A stretch of 64,000 nucleotides of DNA, taken from Octopus bimaculoides (taxonomy: Eukaryota). The notes beneath the pieces were generated by a model. The model worked only from the letters and a program-made list of their open reading frames with translations. It was not told the DNA's origin and did not search any database. Each line of letters opens with the position of its first letter. Position 1 is the stretch's first letter. Positions 12,761 to 24,203 of the stretch are shown piece after piece. The stretch is from the NCBI RefSeq assembly GCF_001194135.2, contig NC_068985.1, forward strand, positions 107,275,365 through 107,339,364. Direction: 5' to 3'. The translations under genes and the position numbers were made by a program.

Positions 12761-12968
12761 AGGCGGCGAGCTGGCAGAAACGTTCTGAGTTAGACGGCCG
12801 CTACGTTCTGAGTTCAAATTCCGCCGAGGTCGACTTTGCCTTTCATCCTTTCGAGGCTGATTAAATAAGTACCAGTTACGCACTAGGGTCGATATAATCG
12901 ACTTAACCTGTTTGTCTGTCCTTGTTTGTCCCCTCTGTGTGTAGCCCCTTGTGGGTAGTAAAGAACTA
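12761..12968 (+). mobile_element. Young tRNA-derived SINE with an altered head
   Basis: aggcggcgagctggcagaaacg...gagttcaaattccgccgaggtcgactttgcctttcatcc...tgtgggtagtaaagaa; CpGs retained. Confidence 0.8.
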
Positions 12969-13059
12969 ATACATACATATATACATAAGACTTCGAAGGC
13001 AGCTCTGAGCAACAATCTTTGTCTGATAACTTAGAAGTTGCATGACTCTACCGCAACGT

Positions 13060-13580
13060 ATCATCAGATAAAAGGATGAGCCTATCTGAGCAGAAGACAA
13101 TGCATGGATATGTTAGTAGAAAGCTCCGAGATGATAATAACATCGATCATCAAAGCAGTTTATCATGAACCAATAGCCAGAGTACTACCTTCCACTTTGA
13201 AGGGTATATGTTTGCAATCCAGAAACAGGAAAGGTCACAATAGCACAAAGGGGATAGAGATGCAGTAAAAGCAATAAAATGTGATAACCGATGCAGACTT
13301 TGTGGACATCACACTAAAGATATCAGAAGCAGTTGTCCAGTGATGAGACATGATGTTGTAGCTAGGTCACTCTATAATGAAATCTGTTTGAAGGATAACC
13401 CTGAGGACAAAGAAATAAAAACCCACAGTATGGTAGAAGCCATAGCCACTCATAATAAAAAGGAGTACTGGTGGAATGTCCCAGTGAAGACCTCAAAAAA
13501 ATCTTAGCACAACAAACCTGATATAATGATTTGGGATAGAGAAGAAAAACTGTGCACAGTTGTGGAAATTAGCTGCCTTG
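13060..13580 (+). mobile_element. Second RLE-type non-LTR retrotransposon C-terminal fragment
   Basis: FEGYMFAIQKQE...NRCRLCGHHTKDIRSSCPVMRHDVVARSLYNEI...EYWWNVPVKTS..HNKPDIMIWDREEKLCTVVEISC. Confidence 0.85.
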
Positions 13581-13611
13581 AAACGATTATTTTCCCAATT
13601 CATTAATGGGC

Positions 13612-13830
13612 ACTGAGGCGGCAAGCAGGCAGAATCTTTAGCATGCCGAGCAAAATGCTTAGCATTTCATCAGTCTTTACTTTCGAAGTTCAAATTCCGC
13701 CGAGGTCAACCTAACCTTTCATCCTTTCGGGGTTGATAAAAGAAGTATCAACAGAACATTGGGGTCGACGTAACCAGCGTACCCCATCTACAACAACTTG
13801 CTGGTTTTGTGCAAAAATTTGAAACCAATA
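13612..13830 (+). mobile_element. tRNA-derived SINE copy; further copies at about 14145-14345 (+) and 15230-15620 (-)
   Basis: gaggcggcaagcaggcagaatc...gttcaaattccgccgaggtcaac..aaatttgaaacca. Confidence 0.7.
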
Positions 13831-13849
13831 TATTAACCAAGAAAACGAC

Positions 13850-14055
13850 GGATCTTTATGATTTGACGGGCAACATTTTTTATGTAGTGTTTTTGGTACC
13901 GAAACACTTTCAAACTTCGTATACTTGTATATTTTGTGGTATAGAACAGATAAAAAATTTTGTATCCGAAGTTATTTCACGTTAAAAATTGTCTTATTTC
14001 GATAATTTCAACTAATCACTGACGTCTGTTCAGTTGAACACAGTTAGTGCTGTGA
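13850..14055 (-). mobile_element. One-ended fragment of the MITE family found intact at 59058-59552
   Basis: ggatctttatgatttgacgggcaacattttttatgtagtg... matches the reverse complement of about 59350-59552. Confidence 0.8.
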
Positions 14056-15670
14056 CGGTGTATATGGTATTAATCCCCGTTAGTTCTGACATTTCCGATT
14101 AACTAGACTGGAAATGAACAGTTATTGTCGTATTATTAATCATATTAAGGCGGTGACCTGGTAAAATCATTAGCTTGCAGGACAAAATGTTCGAGGGCAT
14201 GTAGTCAGTCTTTACGTTCTGAGTTCAAATTCCACCGAGGTCGACTTTGCCTTTCTTCTTTTTGAGGTAGATAAAATAAATTATGCACAGGAGTCGATGT
14301 AATCAACAATCCCCCTCCCTCCAAAATTTCTGGCCTTGTACCTATAAACTTCCAGTAAGTTTATCAGTTATTCACCTTTATTGATTTACTTTTACAACCA
14401 TATGTTCAGAGTGTCTTAATGGTTCGTAATGAGAATAACGGAAGTGGCAGATATAGACTCATGGAAACAGATTGAGAGATTAGCATGCTTTATTCATCTT
14501 TTAATTTCGGCCATTCCTCAGTAGCTTCAATACTGGTCGATATTGCTTGATAGTATCAGAATGTGGGTATTTCCAAAAGACAACTGAGACAGGATATCTC
14601 ATTTAACAAGTTATGTCACTATATTAACATTCTGGTTTCACTTTATAGGTCAAACTACCCGAAGCTTATAGTCTTATCCTTTCCGAAATATTTTCAACAA
14701 AAGTTGATATTTGCGTTACTAAATTAGATTTTAAAATCTTTAATTATCAGAGTTTCATGATCGAACAATTCAGTAGGGAAAATGAAATACAATTTAATGA
14801 AATATAAACACCGATTTAAAAAGAAAATTCGGTGAGACCTAAGGGAGGTGGGTAAAAATTACATATCAATGTTGTTTTAAATTATAGATAAAAAGCTAAC
14901 ATTAATTCTATCATGTGACAGTAAAGGGACATATTAGCAACGACTACAAAAACACAAGAATAACAAAAATGATAATACAATAAACAAAGAAGTAAACAGT
15001 TTATGTTGTGTCAATACTTTGAAACGAATAATGAATGAGAGTTTATTTTATGCTAAACATTCTCCCCTCCCTAAGCATAAAATTTTGGAGGAGGAAATTT
15101 TGAGAGGGTGTGTAAACAAAGGATGTTGAATTGCATATAACCATGACTAACTAGTTATTGTTGTACTCCTCATATATATGAATGTGTGAGTAAGAAAAAC
15201 AAAATGACTAACTGAATAGCATTTCTAATTTGGGAACAAGACTAGCAAATTTGAGGTAAGGGGGTCAGTCGATACCACCGACCCTAATACTTAACGAGCA
15301 TTTTATTTCATCAAATCTCGGAGGGACGAAAAGCGAAAATGACCTAGCGGGATTTGAACCCAGAAGGTAAAGAGCGGACAAAAATACCGCAAGGATTTTC
15401 TTTTCCGATGCTCAAACGATTCGACGAGCTCGCTACAAATCATTGGATGAAAGCACAAGGCCAGCAATTTCGAAGCGAAGTAGTCGATATCATCGACCCC
15501 AGTATTTGACTGATATTTTATTTTATCAGTTCTGAAGGGATGAGAGACGAAGTAGGAATTGAACTCGGAACGTTAAGAACTGGAATGAGTGCCCTAAAGC
15601 CTTTTTTTCCTCGACACTGTAACGATTCTGTCAGTTTGCCGTCCCATATATATATATATAACTGGGTATA

Positions 15671-15900
15671 GGCGACGAGCTGGCAGAAACGTTAGCACGC
15701 CAGGCGAAATGCTTACCGTTATTTCGTCTGCCGTTACGTTCTGAGTTCAAATTCCGCCGAGGTCGACTTTGCCTTTCATCCTTTCGGGGTCTATAAATAA
15801 AGTACCAGTTACGCACTAGGGTCGATGTAAGCGACTTAATGCCTCGTCTGTCCTTGTTTGTCCCCTCTATGTTTAGCCCCTTGTGGGTAATAAAGAAATA
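15671..15900 (+). mobile_element. Full-length young tRNA-derived SINE with 19-bp TSD
   Basis: Flanked by identical ATATATATAACTGGGTATA at 15652-15670 and 15901-15919. Confidence 0.9.
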
Positions 15901-17249
15901 ATATATATAACTGGGTATATTAGATGATATTTATATCTCACCGGATGGAGTACATTTTTGTTGATCATACCTATATTGGAACGGTAAACTATATATGTGT
16001 GTGTGTGTGTGTATGTAAAAATCAACCCGTAAAATAACAATAACAGAATCGACAGAACGGCTTTTGCTATTTATCAGATCGTGTTGGTGGTAGTGGTAAC
16101 GACGGTGAAAGTATAATGAATGCGAGGGGAAGTAACTCCAACCTACTTATTTATCACCTGACTGGAGTTAAGGTCTTTCAACCCAGCAGCAGTTGTTTAA
16201 ATGACACAACCTCTATGACATGTAGTATCGTACCACCGAGTTGCTTCACTCGCTTTTAAGGTAAACGTTTTTCTTTTTTTTAATTACACTCACTATCTAC
16301 AATACCTCTTTCATATTTTTTCAAATGTCTTCACGTAAAGCTTTTTTTTTTTACCAAGTTTTGTTTTTCTTTTTTCTTCTGTCAATGTTTTCCAGTCTCG
16401 TGTCTTGTTGTGACATCATTGCTTTAATTTTGGGCAGCTTTTGTCTCTTTTTATTTCTTTCCTCTTAAATCTTTTATTACTTATAATTTATTTTTGATAA
16501 CATATAACCACGATGTAATTGTATCTATTTTATTATTAGATACTTTTTCCCCATGTATTAAGTAAAGACATTTGAGTTCAGTGTTTATTATTATAAGGGT
16601 CCTATAAGATATTTTGTGGGGAGTAATACGAATAGCATGGCTAGAGTTTCTGATTCTCGAGATTCCATAGTAAATTTATAACCTATATCAGTTGAGAAAC
16701 TGTTTTCTTCCATACACGAGAAGCCAAAGTTACATTATGTCGCTCGTATGAATGAGTAGATAGATAAAATTCTTTGTGTATTTAAAATGTGCTTAACCTT
16801 ATGATTTTTATACATATACACACACACCTTGCACACATGTGAATAACAAGGATATGTTTGTGGTTGTTTTTACTTCGTAGTTAGTAGTCTTGTATGAGAA
16901 GGAAAAAGTATTGAATTCCTAATACCGCCGTACATTACTGGTACTTGTTTTATCGACGTGGAAGTTGTAATTTATGGAAATCTACGCTCAGCTGCAGTTG
17001 AACTCAGAACCGCGAGGTTGTGAATTTATTATGGTTAAAGGAAGTGGTTCATCTTTCTCTGCAGTCCAGCTTTTGGGAGTGTATTTCAACTACTCTTAAT
17101 TATTTACAACTAAGGCACAATGCCAGACATTTTATAAGGTTGTGGGTGGGGTCGTAGCTACCACATACCCTATTACATAACTGAAACTTTATTTTATCGA
17201 GCCCAGGAAGAGGAAAAGTCAGCCAAAGTGGAATAAATCACAAAGTAAA

Positions 17250-17950
17250 CTCAACTATAGGCAAAGTCTGCCGCTTTTACGTATTGTCTGTCATTCATGT
17301 CCTTTTATTGTTTTAAATTTATCGAACTGGTTTTTAATTGCATTGCTAATGCTATCGGCAAAAGCACCAACGTCACAATATGTGCAAGGGTCTTTTATAA
17401 TTTCAAAACATTGTATATATTCAGGATAAGTGGGGAACGTCAGAAAATGAGGGGTCGGGGGTTTATTATAATCGTATATAAGAAATTGAGTGTATTAGCT
17501 TTTTGTTTTAGGGGGAGTGTTCCCTTCTTACCATGGTTGGTGACAACATAACCATTTAATCAACACTGTCGTTCGTGCACTTCAACCGACAATAATAAAC
17601 GTGTTTGAGTGCGAGTTTTTGTTTGTTTGTTTGTTTGTTTTTTGGGGGAGGGTCACAAACTTGAAAGGTTGGATGTTATCATGTACTTTAACAGCCAATT
17701 GTTAAACACCCGACATAATTCATTTTTCATTAACATCAAATAAAAGTGAGCTTCATAATGCAGTGGTTTTTTCTGGAGGGATTTTTTGTAATAGGATTTT
17801 ATACATCCAAATACAGGGTAGACTCGCAAAGCCATCAATTCATAATGATTATGAGTTCAATCTACAACTGCCTCGCACTTAGGAGGCAGCTGTAGATTGA
17901 ACCCATGATCCGTGTAATAAAACATGTACCGAGATTAACACCTAAGTAAA
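17250..17950 (+). promoter_or_regulatory. Presumptive promoter / non-coding first exon region of the syntaxin gene
   Basis: The ATG exon has a splice acceptor at 21297, so an upstream exon must exist. This unique, CpG-retaining stretch ends where CpG-poor sequence begins. A possible donor TAA|gtaaat lies at 17946. The TSS is not determined. Confidence 0.35.
17847..17910. repeat. 28-bp stem / 8-nt loop inverted repeat
   Basis: gattATGAGTTCAATCTACAACTGCCTC-gcacttag-GAGGCAGCTGTAGATTGAACCCATgatc; 3 non-Watson-Crick positions. Confidence 0.85.
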
Positions 17951-18689
17951 TGTTTTACATACGTTAAAAAATTTTTTAAAAAACCTTCATTACTGAGAAA
18001 TGCGTAAACCGTCCAATATTCCCATGTCCCATTAATGAAAATTCCAATTAGATAAGCTTGCTATGAGATTGCAAAAATGGTCTCTTGGCGATTTTAATAT
18101 TTCTTTACCTGATAGTCAACTGTACTTATTGTTTAGCCCCACGTCAACAATAATAGACCAAACTTATCAAAGGCATTGTAACTAAGACCATCCCGCCTTT
18201 TAGAGAATATATTGGCAAACATTATACAATGCGTCCTTCCTTTAAGACTGCAAACTGTGATTTGGGGGAGGTTTAGCTGCTATTTTAGCAGGGTATCACT
18301 TCATTAGTTCAAATACTGTTCTAATCCGGCCCGTTTTCTTAGATTTGAGTACTTATTGGATCAATGCTCATCATTCACCAACAGAAAGGTGTTAAATTAA
18401 CAATATCTTTGGGTTAATTAAATCAACTATAGGAATGGCGTAGTCCTAATGCAACCCATACACACAATACCATAATAAATGCTGGGTGAGAAATGGGCAT
18501 ATTTCAATTCCCTTTGTGTAAGTAGTTTCCAAACTTTGCTATCTTAACCATGGAAAACTCTTGGAGAATTTCAAGAATTTTGTTGTGACATATTTTTAGA
18601 TTAAATTCTTAAGAATTGGCAATGGAATTTATTTTAACTTGGGACCTAGTCTATTGTTGGTTGTGTGTGTTTGAGTGTATGTAATTATA

Positions 18690-19330
18690 TCATCATCACC
18701 ACAATTACTTAACGTCCACCTTCCATGCTGGCATGGGTTGGACAGTTTGACAGGAGCCGACCAGGCAGAAGCCTGCACCAGACTTCTGCAACTGTTTTGG
18801 CAGGATTTTTACATCTGGATACCCTTCCTCATACCAACCACTCAGCACTTTATAGTATGGACTGGGTGCTTTTAAGTGACACCTGCACTAACGGGGTCAC
18901 CAGGTACTTGCAAAATATCTCTGGAGGAGATGATCTTGTGTCAGATGGTGAAAGGTTAATAATAATTAGATAGAAACAGGTTTCTTGCTGTAGAGGAGGT
19001 ACAAGGTTACCCAGCTGGAGAGAGAGAGATCAGGAATGAGGGCAGAAACAAGTGCACTGCCACAAAGGAAATACATGGTTATCCAACCTAACGGAAGTGC
19101 AGGAGAAGGAGAGAGTGTGGGAAATAGCAGGATAGAGATGGTGGCAAAGTGCCATGCATACTCACAAAGGATGGGGATTAGACTATAAATGTGATGGTTG
19201 AGTAAAGAAAGAAAGAGATATAGATGGTGGCGAGTGCCAGGACATACCCTTGAGGTTCAAACATCAATATATGTGGCAGGATATTGCAAGGAAGCATGAT
19301 TAGAGAGTACGGATCACTAGCATAGCTAGT
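18690..19330 (-). mobile_element. 5'-truncated RTE LINE 3' end (tail plus part of the 3' UTR)
   Basis: Reverse complement of about 53550-54229, e.g. gaaacaggtttcttgctgtagaggaggtacaaggttaccc vs gggtagccttggacctcctctacagcaagacacctgtttc. Confidence 0.7.
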
Positions 19331-20598
19331 GTGTGTGTCGCATGAGGCTGCCCTTCATTTTGACCCCAGACCCCACATAAAGCACACATTGCCTACAGTG
19401 ACCCAAAAGTGCTGCCGAGGCAGATTGCCCCATCCCACCCCAGCTACACTAGTGGTGTGGATATGCACATGTGCAGTTATGTGTACATGGTTATAAACAG
19501 GGTTATACAATTATGTGTGGATACTTGTATAAACAGGGTTGTATGTATATTTGTCCATTATTTTTAAAGTTTGTTGAATATTTGGAATTACATTTTCAAA
19601 TGTTTTTTATAACTTGAAGGATAAACACTGCTATCTATTACTCCAAATTTATGTTTAAAAATAACTGTTGGGGACTATCCAAACAACACCACAGATTGGT
19701 ACATTTATATTCATTGTACTTGTTATAAAGCATTTCAGTTAATTGTGCATTTATGTGTGAAAGCCCTTATCAGTTGCATACAAAAGTCTTACTACTTGAA
19801 ATAGAGAAGTGTACTATTTCATAGTACATTTTAACAGCTAGGTGAATGTAGTTACTATGAGTTGGACATTGCTATCCTTGACATACTGCTGTACTGGTTG
19901 TTGGAGTAAATAAACATTAATGCCCTTTCAGTTTCTCAACCAGAAACTTATAAAACTGTCCATAATGAGATATATACAGTGGTAGAGCCAAACTTATTCT
20001 CCTGGCAAGTTGAATTTAGGGTTTTGTGGCATTAGTTTTGTTTTCAAATTTTGTTGGGACTCATTTTATTTTATATTTTTCCAGGGATAACTATAATATA
20101 GTGCCAATCAAGTAATTGCGAGCTTTGTGTGTGGAAGGGTCATGCCCAGGAAGAAGATTTCAGTCACTTTCCTAGCTATTTTTGATTGATCAGGAAGTAC
20201 ACATACTGCTAGTGTCTTGTATTGTTTGGCTGATCAATGTCTTGGTTGACAGAAACTGAAAGTAACCCATCATGTGTGTGTATTAGTATGTACCTTTGTC
20301 TTGATACCATGTGGTGATTGTAATTAAGCATTGCTATCATATAGGCTATGTTCTTAGTTTTCAGTCTTCCATTTGGTCACAAGGAAATATTACCTTGCTT
20401 GGAAACAAGTGGGAATTGGTAATAGGAAGGGCGTCCAGCTTTCAAAAACCTACCTCAGTATACCTTATCTGACCCTTGCAAGTATGGAAAAGGGGAAGTT
20501 AAAATGATAATACAAACACACACACACGTATATGTTATACACATTACAGTTACTTATAGATGTGTATACATGTGTATGTATGTATGTATGTATGTGTG

Positions 20599-20680
<82 letters not shown>

Positions 20681-20681
<1 letters not shown>

Positions 20682-21128
20682 GTATAAGAAGGGATGACCA
20701 CTAAGTGGACATCCGATATATGCTAGAAAGAGCTCTACGATCTAACCACAAAGAAAATGTTCTCTAGAAAAAATTCACCAAACACCAGAACATAAGCAGG
20801 CAAGACAAATGAAAATATACATATGTATATAAATATACATATGTATATAAATATACATATCATCACCATCATCATCATCGTTTAACGTCCGCTTTCCATG
20901 CTAGCATGGGTTGGACGATTTGACTGAGGACTGGTGAAACCGGATGGCAACACCAGGCTCCAATCTAATTATATACATATGTATATAAATATACATTTGT
21001 CTTGCCTGCTTTTGTTCTGGTGTTTGCTGAATTTTTTCTAGAGAACATTATTTTCTTTGTGGTTAGATCGTAGATGATCTCTTTCTAACATACCAGAAGT
21101 CCACTTAGTGGTCATCCCTTCTTATACG
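20681..21128. repeat. Long inverted repeat (foldback), arms about 131 and 135 bp
   Basis: 20681-20811 (cgtataagaagggatgaccactaagtggac...gcaggcaagacaaatg) is the reverse complement of 20994-21128, at roughly 90% identity by eye. Confidence 0.9.
20861..20967 (-). mobile_element. Truncated young RTE-tail copy inserted in the loop of the foldback
   Basis: 20867-20961 is the exact reverse complement of 36173-36267 (95 nt, by manual comparison). Confidence 0.85.
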
Positions 21129-21342
21129 CATGTAATACAATTTTTCTGAATTTTCAGATTTTTTTATATGCTAGGCCACTGGTTTTAACTTGATGTTAAA
21201 TTAATATTCAATTTATCACCCTCAATATATATATATATATATATAATGTGTGTGTGTTCATCAATAACTAATATACATGTTCATTTCTTTTTCTAGTGTT
21301 TTGCTAACCAAGTAATCAAAGACACCCTAACACAGCTTAACC

Positions 21343-21433
21343 ATGTCGAAGGCTGGTAAATATGGCTCTACTGTTCGTGAATACAGAGATGATCCAGATT
21401 ATGGTGACACTCGTAACAGTGACCCCGAAAACA
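21343..21433 (+). CDS. Syntaxin coding exon 1 (exon starts at 21297)
   Basis: Acceptor tttctttttctag|; ATG at 21343; MSKAGKYGST...SDPEN; donor |gtaagt. Confidence 0.85.
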
Positions 21434-23272
21434 GTAAGTTAATGGTTTTTACCAGATATATTTTACTGAAGCCTCATCTAACGTGATTTTTACTGAGACT
21501 ATTCTTTGTACTACTTATATCCCCACAATTTAATACTGTTGTCACCTAAACTGCACATACATGAAATGTATAGAGAAGCATCCATAGTGTTCTTATAACC
21601 TATCAGTTTACTGTGGTAATACTGAAAACTAAGTGCTGTAGTTTATGGATGAGTATCACAAAATCCAACCCTGAAAACTTGAGTCATGAGACTATGTACA
21701 CCTCATCCTAACCTATTTACACTTTGACATGAAAATAATATTACACAGATAATTCAGACTATTGACAGGCTAAGATTCATTAGATCACTTGTGACACATA
21801 CAGTCAAAATAGTAAAAATCTCACATAGCCTGTTTTAGTTTAAATTTTGGGGTTTTTTTTCCTATTAATCAGGAGTGAGGGCAGTGCCTATGACCTGTTA
21901 TAGGGCCTCCAAAACAGAAGGAGAGAGGGAGGGAGGAAGGTAGCCTCAAACTGGAAATCTGACCTAATTGCATGCAACAAAGTGGACTCTGGTAAAGGTA
22001 CCCAAGGTGTCTGGTAGTAAGTGTTAAACTGGGCTGCAGGGCAACTCTACCACCCAAGTATGCAATGGTGAGATTTAAGCTAAGAACGCAAAGATCCAAG
22101 GTATCCGGTCCAACATTCTTACAGGTCTACCAATCTGCTGCCTTGGATTGGTACTATTTTTATCAACCCTGCCTTCTGAGTCTAAACTTTCATATACTTG
22201 GTATTCAAGCCGTATTAGTTTCACTAGTTGTCATCATCAAATACTTTGTGAGGAACAAAACCAAATGTATCACATCCTGTTTGTACTCTGATGTACTGAA
22301 ATAACTGCTGCATGTTGAACAAATGAGTTTGCTACAGGGTAACTCACTATAACCTTGTGCTGTCTGGTCCTAGCTCAGTAGGAAGTGAAACAATGGCTAT
22401 GTGAATACTTTCGAAACGTTCTGTTTGTATATTTACTGAAGATGTCTAAAACTCTTCATATATGAGCTGCTAAATATAATTAATATCACGGACAATGTAA
22501 CCAGGAAATTCTCATTCTATTTGTGAAGAAAAAACATTAAAATGTTGATTATCATGAAAATGGTAATACAGTCTTGAGGCTTTCATGTCTAGGCCATTGA
22601 CATTGTGTAGTGCCTGTAGTGAGATATGAATTGTGGTCAACTTGATACTGACCTGATACTCAACACTGTGCTGCTGACAAGGCTAGTTTTCTCTCTCATT
22701 TCTGTCTCTGAGAAAATATCATGTGAGTCAGTTTATAGATGAGGGAAGTCTGTATCCACAGAATGTTGCACATGCATGAAGAATGTCATTCAGTGATAGA
22801 TAGCTTTTGTTCGACCCACACAAAAAAAAACAAAGTATTAATCTTTTTCCACACAAAAGATTGGTAACAGATTCTTGTATTTATTTATTTATTCATTCAC
22901 TGAAAACTGGCATTTATTGTTCTGGCAGTTTTGGGGTAATTTCTGCTCATGGGTGGGCAGGTTTAATAATTTCAACATTTTATTATTTTTATCATTGCTG
23001 TCCTAGAGATTAAACCTTATCTTATCCTGATGATGATATTTTGATTTCAAATTTTTTTCATGTCTTACCTTGCCCCACTTTTAGTTTTTATATAATATCT
23101 GTATTTAAAATACACACAGGCATGGCTGTGTAGTAAAAAGCTTGCTTCCCAACCGCATGATTCTGGGTTCTGTCCCATTGCATGGCTCCTTGGGCAAGTG
23201 TCTTCTACTATAGCCTCAGATCAACCAAAGCCTTGTGAGTGTATTTGGTAGATAGAAACTGAAAGAGGCCCG

Positions 23273-23317
<45 letters not shown>

Positions 23318-24137
23318 TGTGTGTCTTTGTGTCTATCTGTTCCCCCACCACCACTTCACAACTAGCGTTGTTTGCATCCCCGTAACTTAGTGGTTCTGCA
23401 AAAGACACCAATAGAATAAGTACTTTAAAGAAATGTCCTAGGGTTAATTTGTTCAACTAAAACCCTCCATGGCAGTGTCCCAGTATGGCTGCAGTCATGA
23501 TTGAAACAAGTAAAAGATAAGATTTACATACTCAGCCACAAACACATACACACACATTTCATTTATAGTATTATGTAATATATTTATATTATTTTTTATA
23601 CATGTTATGTATAATCATATAGCATATGAATTGAGCAATTCTATCAAAGACAGTTTGTTTGTTTTTTTGTCTTTCTATTGTTATCTAAAATATAAATCAG
23701 TATCTAGAATATATAATATTGAGATTAGGTCGGCGTTGGTAGTGACTCTATTAATTTTAGGCTTGTTTTTTTGGTGAAAAGAAATCGTTCGTATAGCTTA
23801 ATAATTCAGTATGGTGTAGGTACAAGGCTTGAAATTTACGGAAGAGTTTAGTCAAGGCATGATCCCCACCCCCATATTTGATTTGTACGTTATTTTATCA
23901 ACCCCAAAAGCATGAAAGGCAAATTTACCTCAGTGGGATTTGAACTCAGAATGTAAAGAGCTATAACTAAGTACTGCAAGGCATTTTATCTGTTTTAATG
24001 ATTGTCAATCCACTGCCCTGTCGATATATAGCTAATAACTTAACTATTGACCCCTATAACTGCAAACCTTAAAAAATTGTCATCTAATGTAATAATGAGT
24101 GTAGTGTTTTTATATATTTGTGTGTGTGTGTGTGTGT

Positions 24138-24203
<66 letters not shown>

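Noticed and set aside
17653-17838. Minus-strand ORF MMALRVYPVFGCIK... as the start of a divergent gene
   Set aside because: No recognisable domain, only a weak donor, and no convincing in-frame next exon; noted only as context for the hairpin.
20085-20111. Possible 27-nt 5' UTR exon (strong acceptor, CAA|gtaatt)
   Set aside because: Non-coding exons cannot be validated from sequence alone; left uncalled.
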